Assembly (NCBI RefSeq): GCF_030538285.1
Contig: NZ_JAUNUG010000006.1
Location: 1,964-65,963 of the forward strand
From: Corynebacterium sp.
Lineage (GTDB): Bacteria; Actinomycetota; Actinomycetes; Mycobacteriales; Mycobacteriaceae
Reading direction: 5' to 3'
DNA: 64,000 bases
Made by a program: the position numbers and the translations under genes. The notes beneath the pieces were generated by a model that was given only the letters and a program-made list of their open reading frames with translations, was not told where the DNA came from and ran no database searches. Positions 57,139-64,000 of this stretch are shown here, in pieces (positions within the stretch are counted from its first letter, which is position 1; each line of letters starts with the position of its first letter).

Positions 57139-58809
57139 ATGGCCGAGTTCATCTACACGATGAAGAATGTGCGAAGGGTCGTCGGCGACAAGGTCATCCT
57201 TGACAATGTCACGATGGCCTTTTACCCGGGCGCCAAGATCGGCGTCGTCGGACCCAACGGTGCCGGCAAGTCCTCCGTCCTCAAGGTGATGGCGGGCATC
57301 GACCAGCCGTCCAACGGTGAGGCGTTCCTCGATCCGGGCGCCACCGTCGGCATCCTGCTGCAGGAGCCGCCGCTCAACGAGGAGAAGACCGTCCGCGAGA
57401 ACGTCGAGGAGGGCCTCGGCGACATCTTCGAGAAGAAGAAGCGCTTCGAGGAGATCGCCGAGGAAATGGCGACCAACTACACCGATGAGCTCATGGAGGA
57501 GATGGGTCGTCTCCAGGAGGATCTCGACGCCGCTGATGCGTGGGAGGTCGACTCCAAGATCGAGCAGGCCATGGAGGCGCTGCGCTGCCCGCCGTCCGAT
57601 TCCCCGGTCACCCACCTCTCCGGTGGTGAGCGTCGTCGCGTCGCCCTGGCGAAGCTGCTGCTGTCCGAGCCGGACCTGCTGCTCCTCGATGAGCCCACCA
57701 ACCACCTCGACGCCGAGTCCGTCCTCTGGCTGGAGAAGCACCTCGCCGACTACAAGGGCGCCGTCCTCGCCGTCACCCACGACCGTTACTTCCTCGACCA
57801 CGTCGCGGAGTGGATCTGTGAGGTCGACCGCGGCAAGCTGCACCCCTACGAGGGCAACTACTCCACCTACCTGGAGAAGAAGGCCGAGCGCCTCGAGGTC
57901 GCCGGTAAGAAGGACCAGAAGCTGCAGAAGCGCCTCAAGGATGAGCTGGCGTGGGTCCGCTCCTCCCCGAAGGCACGTCAGGCCAAGAACAAGGCCCGCC
58001 TGGAGCGCTACGAGGAGATGGCCGCCGAGGCCGAGAAGTACAAGAAGCTGGACTTCGAGGAGATCCAGATCCCGACCCCGCCGCGCCTGGGCAACAAGGT
58101 CGTGGAGGTCAACAACCTGCACAAGGGTTTCGATGGCCGCGTCCTGATCAAGGATCTCTCCTTCACCCTGCCGCGTAACGGCATCGTCGGCGTCATAGGC
58201 CCGAACGGTGTGGGTAAGACCACCCTGTTCAAGACGATCGTGGGTCTGGAGGAGCCGGATGCCGGCACCGTCGAGGTCGGTGAGACCGTCAAGTTGTCCT
58301 ACGTCGACCAGGGCCGTGAGAACATCGACCCGGAGGCCACGGTGTGGCAGGTCGTCTCGGATGGCCTGGACTACATCCAGGTCGGCCAGAATGAGATGCC
58401 GTCCCGCGCCTACCTGTCGGCCTTTGGTTTCAAGGGCCCGGACCAGCAGAAGCCGTCCAAGGTGCTCTCCGGTGGTGAGCGCAACCGCCTCAACCTGGCG
58501 TTGACCCTCAAGCAGGGCGGCAACCTGTTGCTTCTCGATGAGCCGACCAACGACCTCGACGTCGAGACGCTCGGTTCCCTCGAGAACGCCCTGCAGAAGT
58601 TCCCGGGTTGCGCCGTGGTCATCTCGCACGACCGCTGGTTCCTGGACCGCACCTGTACCCACATCCTGGCCTGGGAGGGCAATGTGGAGGAGGGGCAGTG
58701 GTTCTGGTTCGAGGGTAACTTCGGTGACTACGAGAAGAACAAGATCGAGCGCCTCGGCGCGGATGCCGCACGCCCCTCGCGTGTCACGCACCGTCGCCTG
58801 ACTCGCTAG
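57139..58809 (+). CDS. ettA: Energy-dependent translational throttle protein (ABC-F)
   Basis: MAEFIYTM, two ABC domains, [13 protein letters not shown] linker. Confidence 0.96.
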   Translation: MAEFIYTMKNVRRVVGDKVILDNVTMAFYPGAKIGVVGPNGAGKSSVLKVMAGIDQPSNGEAFLDPGATVGILLQEPPLNEEKTVRENVEEGLGDIFEKKKRFEEIAEEMATNYTDELMEEMGRLQEDLDAADAWEVDSKIEQAMEALRCPPSDSPVTHLSGGERRRVALAKLLLSEPDLLLLDEPTNHLDAESVLWLEKHLADYKGAVLAVTHDRYFLDHVAEWICEVDRGKLHPYEGNYSTYLEKKAERLEVAGKKDQKLQKRLKDELAWVRSSPKARQAKNKARLERYEEMAAEAEKYKKLDFEEIQIPTPPRLGNKVVEVNNLHKGFDGRVLIKDLSFTLPRNGIVGVIGPNGVGKTTLFKTIVGLEEPDAGTVEVGETVKLSYVDQGRENIDPEATVWQVVSDGLDYIQVGQNEMPSRAYLSAFGFKGPDQQKPSKVLSGGERNRLNLALTLKQGGNLLLLDEPTNDLDVETLGSLENALQKFPGCAVVISHDRWFLDRTCTHILAWEGNVEEGQWFWFEGNFGDYEKNKIERLGADAARPSRVTHRRLTR

Positions 58810-58971
58810 CCCCGCTTATCGACGTCCGGTTGCCTCACCCGAGGCGGCCGGACGTTGCTGCTTTCTACCCCGCTCCGCGCGAGAACTGACCAAACCTGCC
58901 CGCGCGGTATAGATTGGACGGGGCATGAACGCGTTACCGCATGGAAAAGGAAACTCACCCGTATGTACGGC

Positions 58972-59421
58972 ATGACTGCTGACCAGAACACCGCACTTCA
59001 CGTCACCACCGTCCCGGTGCGCTGGTCCGATTTCGACCGCTACGGTCACATCATGAACGCGAACTACATTGAGGTCGCCCAGGAGGCGCGCCTGCAGTTC
59101 GCGGAGGATGAGTTCACCGCCCGGGGCCATGACTTCGCGGTGTTCGTCCGCCACATTGATGCTGATTTCCTGCGCCCGGTGCTGCCGGACACCACCGAGC
59201 TGCTCATTGAGACCCAGGTCGTGGAGATCGGCAACACTTCCTTCACCACCCGCCAGGAGATCAAGGACCGCCAGGGTCGTATCGCCTGCGTCGTGGAGTG
59301 TGTGCAGGTGGCGATTGATCTGAACACGGAGCGTCCGCGTTCGATCACGGAGAAGGAAGTCAAGATCCTCACCCGCGCCGCGGATGTCGATGAGCTTGAG
59401 CCGGGCGATTCAGACAAGTGA
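58972..59421 (+). CDS. Hotdog-fold acyl-CoA thioesterase
   Basis: VRWSDFDRYGHIMNANY..QEAR. Confidence 0.88.
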   Translation: MTADQNTALHVTTVPVRWSDFDRYGHIMNANYIEVAQEARLQFAEDEFTARGHDFAVFVRHIDADFLRPVLPDTTELLIETQVVEIGNTSFTTRQEIKDRQGRIACVVECVQVAIDLNTERPRSITEKEVKILTRAADVDELEPGDSDK

Positions 59422-60038
59422 TGGAGTCTCTGCGGATCCTCGGCGGCGCGCCGGGGCTCCAGTCGCTGGTGGGTCGGGCGGTGGATCTGGATGCCTCCGC
59501 CTCGGCTCGTTTCCGCCAGCTCGGCGACCAGGTGGATGTGTTTGTCACCACGCCTTTCCAGGTGGTCGCCGCACGCCGCATCGAGGGCGAGGCTTCCCGT
59601 GACGGTGCGGTGGTGGCGGCGACCGCGCTTCTCGACGCCCTGCGCACCAGCTCCCCACACATCGGCCCGGCCCGCGACCCGAATTGGCCGGGTGCCCTGC
59701 CCCCGGCCACGGGTTTCCAGCTTCTCGATGAGGTCCCGGTGGACGTCGTCCGTGACCTGGCTGATCAGGGCCAGGCCCTCGCGCGGCAGTTCTCCGGCCC
59801 GCTCGGCCCGCCCGCCAGCCTGCTCGATCAGACCGTGCTCACTGTCACCGGTGAGGCCGGCACCGCTGAGGTCCCGATGCGCATGATCTTCACGTGCACC
59901 TCGCTCGGGCTTATCCCGGGCTTCGCCGCGCCGATGGAGGTGCCGCGTCATCTGCGGGTGTCCATCAGCGGTCGTTGGGTGCGTATCGACGCCCCCTTCG
60001 GCACCGTCTACCGCTCCACCTCATTGTCGTTGTTCTGA
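59418..60038 (+). CDS. Conserved actinobacterial hypothetical protein
   Basis: WPGALPP..GF, WVRIDAPFGTVY; overlaps the thioesterase stop. Confidence 0.78.
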   Translation: MMESLRILGGAPGLQSLVGRAVDLDASASARFRQLGDQVDVFVTTPFQVVAARRIEGEASRDGAVVAATALLDALRTSSPHIGPARDPNWPGALPPATGFQLLDEVPVDVVRDLADQGQALARQFSGPLGPPASLLDQTVLTVTGEAGTAEVPMRMIFTCTSLGLIPGFAAPMEVPRHLRVSISGRWVRIDAPFGTVYRSTSLSLF

Positions 60039-60053
60039 TTTTCGCTATAGTCG

Positions 60054-60923
60054 ATGTATAAGATGTCGACAATAAGAGAAAATTCCAGTCCTTGGCCGAT
60101 GTCCATCATCACGGTCCTCGGTGTCGCCGCCGCCATCGCGATGGCCTATTTGGGCAGTGGCGCGCTCGTCGGTGACCAGGTTTCTGAGGCCGCCGGTGGC
60201 GCCCTATCCGCCGACGCCACCCCCCTGGCCCCGGGTAGCCCGGCCTTTTCCATCTGGGCGGTAATCTACTTCGGCCTGGCTGCCTACGCCGTGTGGCAGC
60301 TGACGCCCACCGCCCGGGCCTCCGAACGCCAGCGGGTGCTGCGCCCCTGGGCGATCCTGTCCGCGCTGCTCAACGCCGCCTGGCTGTTCACCGTCCAGCT
60401 CGGCGCTTTGTGGCTGTCGGTGCTGGTCATCGTCGCCCTGCTGGCCGTGCTCATCCGCATCCTCTACATCCTCGGCCGCCCGCGTACCGGCGGCATCGTC
60501 GAGCTCGCGCTCACCGACGGCACCTTCGGCCTCTACTTCGGCTGGGTCTTGGCCGCCACCTTCGCCAACACCTGGGCCACCTTCGTCGCTGAGGGATTCA
60601 GCGCCTTCGAGGAGATCCCGGTGGGCCTGGTGGGCATCGTCGTCGCGACTGTGGTGGCCGTGGTTGCCGCCGTGCTCAACGGCGGACGTATCGCCCCGGC
60701 CCTGGCCACCGCCTGGGGTCTGGCTTGGATCGCTATCGCCCGCACGGACGGTGCCTTCGAGAACGAGGCGCTCGTCTGGACGGCCGCCACGGCAGCCGCC
60801 GTCATCATCCTGGTGGCCGTGGTGCTTAGAGCACTACCCAGCCGGCGAGCGCCGCGAACAGGGCAATCGACCACGGCGGAAGCTTCCACTGAGCCAGGCC
60901 CAGCCAGCACAAAGCTGCGATAA
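60054..60923 (+). CDS. TspO-like tryptophan-rich membrane protein
   Basis: APGSPAFSIWAVIY, LNAAWL, GLYFGW. Confidence 0.78.
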   Translation: MYKMSTIRENSSPWPMSIITVLGVAAAIAMAYLGSGALVGDQVSEAAGGALSADATPLAPGSPAFSIWAVIYFGLAAYAVWQLTPTARASERQRVLRPWAILSALLNAAWLFTVQLGALWLSVLVIVALLAVLIRILYILGRPRTGGIVELALTDGTFGLYFGWVLAATFANTWATFVAEGFSAFEEIPVGLVGIVVATVVAVVAAVLNGGRIAPALATAWGLAWIAIARTDGAFENEALVWTAATAAAVIILVAVVLRALPSRRAPRTGQSTTAEASTEPGPASTKLR

Positions 60924-62013
60924 CCAGCGAGGCAATGCCGGTGACACCATGGCTGAGCACCGGGTCCCAGAACGCCGCGCCAAGTAAACCCACCACTGCC
61001 GCGTTGATCGCCGTGAACGCCCGGCGCAGGGTGGGGGAGTGGCGCCAGCGCCCCCAGAAATGCAGGCCCGCCACCATGAGCAGGGCCGAGGGGATAAAGA
61101 TCGCCACCGTCGCCACCAAGGCGCCCGCCCAACCGCCGTCGACCGCCCCCAGGTAGGAGGCGAAGGTAAACAGCGGCCCCGGCACGGCCTGAGCAGCAGA
61201 ATAACCGGCGAGGAACTCGGACTGTTCCACCCAGCCGGGCGCCACGGTGAGCTGCTCCAGCAGGGGCAGGACCACGTGCCCGCCGCCGAACACCAGGGAA
61301 CCGGCCTGGACATACGCCGCCACCCGCGTCAGCAGGTAGCCACCCACCGTGGTGGCGGCCAGTAACAACCCACCAAGCAGCACGAAAAACAAAGCCAAGG
61401 CGATAATTGCTGCCCGGGCGCTGACCGCGCGGATGGGCTCGGGGTCGGGGTCGGCGGCGTCGTCAAGCGAACCCCGCAGGAGCACCACGCCGAACACACC
61501 AGCGGCGATAATCACGCTGATGTGGGTGAAAGGGCTGGGCACCGCGAGCACGAGCAACCCGGCAAGCACCGCGATAGTGGCCGTCAGGCGCGTGTTCGCC
61601 ATGTTCTTGGCCATGCCGGCGACGGCATGGAACACCACAGCGACGGCCGCGGCGAGCAGGCCGCGGATCCATCCGTGCTCGGCGTCGATACCCGCAGAAG
61701 CCATGAATAACCCGAACACCGTCAACAACACTGCCGACGGCGCCGTGAACATCACCCACGCGGCGAGCATGCCGAGCCAGCCGGCGCGGTGATACCCCAG
61801 CGCCATGCCCACCTGGGAGGAGGCAGGCCCGGGGAGGAACTGCGCGACCGCCACGATGTCTGCATAAGCCCGCTCCGACAGCCATGTGCGACGCGCCACG
61901 AACTCCTCGCGGAAATAGCCCAGGTGGGCGGTGGGGCCGCCGAAGGCACTGACCCCGAGGAGGCCGAAACTGCGGATGACTTCAAGTAGCGGTCGCTGGC
62001 TCACGTTCGACAT
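60826..62013 (-). CDS. chrA: Chromate efflux transporter
   Basis: AFGGPTAH, AQFLPGP, VFGGGHVVLP, AQAVPGP; true start may be GTG 62004. Confidence 0.92.
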   Translation of the reverse strand: MSNVSQRPLLEVIRSFGLLGVSAFGGPTAHLGYFREEFVARRTWLSERAYADIVAVAQFLPGPASSQVGMALGYHRAGWLGMLAAWVMFTAPSAVLLTVFGLFMASAGIDAEHGWIRGLLAAAVAVVFHAVAGMAKNMANTRLTATIAVLAGLLVLAVPSPFTHISVIIAAGVFGVVLLRGSLDDAADPDPEPIRAVSARAAIIALALFFVLLGGLLLAATTVGGYLLTRVAAYVQAGSLVFGGGHVVLPLLEQLTVAPGWVEQSEFLAGYSAAQAVPGPLFTFASYLGAVDGGWAGALVATVAIFIPSALLMVAGLHFWGRWRHSPTLRRAFTAINAAVVGLLGAAFWDPVLSHGVTGIASLVIAALCWLGLAQWKLPPWSIALFAALAGWVVL

Positions 62014-62074
62014 GCTAAGCCTGCGCCGGGGTTTTCGCTGTGTGAGCCGTGCCGCCCGACTAGAGTCAATGCCC

Positions 62075-63166
62075 ATGCGCATCGGAATCCCGAAGGAAAT
62101 CATGAACATGGAGGGCCGCGTGGCCCTCGGCCCGACCAGTGCCGGCACGCTCGTGGCGGATGGCCATGAGGTCATCGTCCAGGCCGGGGCCGGTGCGGGT
62201 TCCTCCCTCGCGGACAGTGAATACGTCGAGCAGGGTGCGCGCATCGTCGATACGGCGGGGGAAGCGTGGTCCGCTGACCTGGTGCTCAAGGTCAAGGAGC
62301 CGCTGCCGGAGGAATACGGTTTCCTCCGGGCGGATCAGATCCTGTTCACGTACTTGCATCTGGCATCCTCGCGTGAGTGCACGCAGGCGCTTATCGACGC
62401 TGGCACCACCTCCCTCGCCTACGAAACCGTCCTGGACTCCCGCGGTGGGCTGCCCCTGCTCACCCCGATGTCCCAGGTCGCCGGTCGTCTCGCGGTGCAG
62501 GAGGGCGCGCACCACCTTATGAGTTCCAAGGGTGGGCGCGGCGTCCTGCTCGGTGGTGTGCCCGGTACTGCCCCGGCGAAGGTCGTGGTGCTGGGCGGCG
62601 GCCAGGTCGGCGCCTCGGCAGTTGCCATCGCGCAGGGCCTGCGCGCCTCGGTCACGGTCCTCGACTTGGATCCGGCGGTGCTGGGTCGTTTCGATGACCT
62701 TTACCAGGGCAACGTCCGCACCCTCATCTCCGATCCGATGACGATTGAGGCTGAGCTTCTCGACGCCGACCTCGTCATCGGCGCCGTCCTCGTCGCCGGT
62801 GCCAAGGCCCCGACGCTGGTCAGCGACGAGCTGGTCTCCCGCATGAAGTCCGGATCCGTGCTTGTCGACGTCGCCATCGACCAGGGCGGCTGCTTCGAGT
62901 CCTCCCGCAAGACCTCCCACGCGGAGCCGACCTACCGGGTCCACGATTCCCTCTTCTACTGTGTGCCCAACATGCCCGGTGCCGTCGCCAACACCTCCAC
63001 CCGCGCGCTCACTTCGGCGACGCTTCCCTACGTCCGGGCGATTGCCGCGGACGGGGTGGACGGGGCCGTCGATAAGCATCCCGGCCTGGCGCCGGGGCTG
63101 ATGACCCGCGGCGGCCAGCTGCTCAGCGAGCCTGTCCGGGAGGCGTTCCCGGATCTTCCCGGTTGA
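62075..63166 (+). CDS. ald: Alanine dehydrogenase
   Basis: MRIGIPKEI, KVKEP, FTYLHLA, VDVAIDQGGC, PNMPGAV. Confidence 0.95.
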   Translation: MRIGIPKEIMNMEGRVALGPTSAGTLVADGHEVIVQAGAGAGSSLADSEYVEQGARIVDTAGEAWSADLVLKVKEPLPEEYGFLRADQILFTYLHLASSRECTQALIDAGTTSLAYETVLDSRGGLPLLTPMSQVAGRLAVQEGAHHLMSSKGGRGVLLGGVPGTAPAKVVVLGGGQVGASAVAIAQGLRASVTVLDLDPAVLGRFDDLYQGNVRTLISDPMTIEAELLDADLVIGAVLVAGAKAPTLVSDELVSRMKSGSVLVDVAIDQGGCFESSRKTSHAEPTYRVHDSLFYCVPNMPGAVANTSTRALTSATLPYVRAIAADGVDGAVDKHPGLAPGLMTRGGQLLSEPVREAFPDLPG

Positions 63167-63533
63167 TGAGCATCGCCGCCACCCTTTCCATGTGCTCCCA
63201 CATCTGGTGGCGGTAGGCGGGCGGGATCGTTTCCTCGTCGATCTGGTCGAGGGAGTCTTTCATCAGCTCCAGCCAGCGGACCGCGGCGGCCCGGTCGACG
63301 GGGAACTGGAAATGCCGGCGGCGCAGCATCGGCGCGCCGCGCTGCTCATTGAAGGTGCTCGGCCCGCCCCAGTATTGGGCAAGGAACCACTTGAGACGGT
63401 TCTCCGCGCCTTCCCAGTCATCATCGGGGTACATGGGCCCGAGAATGTCATCGGTTTTCACCTGCTCATAAAACCCGGAGACGAGGCGGGTGAAGGTGGC
63501 GTCGCCGCCCACTGCGTCATAAAGGCTGCTCAT
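63123..63533 (-). CDS. glbO: Group II truncated hemoglobin
   Basis: LYDAVGG, FYEQV..DDIL..MYP, FLAQYWGGP, RGAPMLRRRH. Confidence 0.9.
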   Translation of the reverse strand: MSSLYDAVGGDATFTRLVSGFYEQVKTDDILGPMYPDDDWEGAENRLKWFLAQYWGGPSTFNEQRGAPMLRRRHFQFPVDRAAAVRWLELMKDSLDQIDEETIPPAYRHQMWEHMERVAAMLINREDPGTPPGQAR

Positions 63534-63558
63534 GGCACCCCAGTCTAGGCTGGCAGGC

Positions 63559-64000
63559 ATGTCCCACGCCCTTTCGCTTATCGACGCCACCGTCCGCCGC
63601 GCCTCCACCCACCTCATCGATGGTGTCACGTGGCGGGTGCCCACGGGTTCGCACTGGGCGGTGCTGGGGCCCAACGGCGCGGGTAAGTCGACGGTGCTCA
63701 AGCTGGCCGGGGGCTGGTGGTATCCGACGACCGGGACCGTCGACATCCTCGGCGAGCGCCTGGGCCGGGTGGAGCTGGCCCAGCTGCGCCGCCGCATCGG
63801 TTTCGTGGATCCGCGCCAGCGTCTCGGCGATTACTCCGTGTCGGAGCTGGTGTTGTCCGGGCTCACCGCCTCCAACGGAGTGCTGCCGCGCTGGTCACCC
63901 ACCCCGGCGGAGCTGGAGCGCCTGGAAGAACTCCTGGAGCTGACCGGCATGGCGGCCAAAAGGCAGCGCCGCTGGATGCAGCTCTCCCAGGGCGAACGCG
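63559..64000 (+). CDS. ABC transporter ATP-binding protein, 3'-truncated by window edge
   Basis: MSHALSLIDA...[14 protein letters not shown]...LSQGER. Confidence 0.88.
   Translation, partial: MSHALSLIDATVRRASTHLIDGVTWRVPTGSHWAVLGPNGAGKSTVLKLAGGWWYPTTGTVDILGERLGRVELAQLRRRIGFVDPRQRLGDYSVSELVLSGLTASNGVLPRWSPTPAELERLEELLELTGMAAKRQRRWMQLSQGER

Overview
A 64-kb chromosomal segment of a high-GC Corynebacterium, judged from gene order resembling the C. glutamicum dinG-pncB-clpS-murI-rph ... fas-acpS-fasR-bcp-pncA-gntK-glsK ... ldt ... orn-cmrA ... ctiP-ssb-ettA region. It holds about 60 CDS (including a 3025-aa type I fatty acid synthase), four tRNAs (Leu-TAG, Lys-CTT, His-GTG, Arg-TCT), a TPP riboswitch, a decayed heavy-metal ATPase, two DUF222/HNH genes and several accessory insertions. 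No CRISPR array, rRNA, integrase or transposase was seen. Most notable signals: (1) an 11-13 bp word, (GG)CGTCGATAAGC, with at least 22 exact copies on both strands, inside and between genes, and none seen in the two horizontally acquired-looking genes. This resembles a DNA uptake sequence or a chromosome-wide protein-binding site. (2) A shared composite element (inverted DnaA-type boxes plus that word) upstream of both the second ssb and an HNH gene. (3) An MmeI-like type IIL restriction-modification gene beside tRNA-His with an in-frame G13 tract, a candidate phase-variable methylome switch. (4) A TPP-riboswitch-controlled SDR plus flavin monooxygenase operon. (5) A sortase-anchored adhesin with an internal GSS-hydrophobic-GSS segment, inserted between duplicated terminators. 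Family assignments come from recognised motifs and recalled synteny, not database searches. Motif counts were made by eye.
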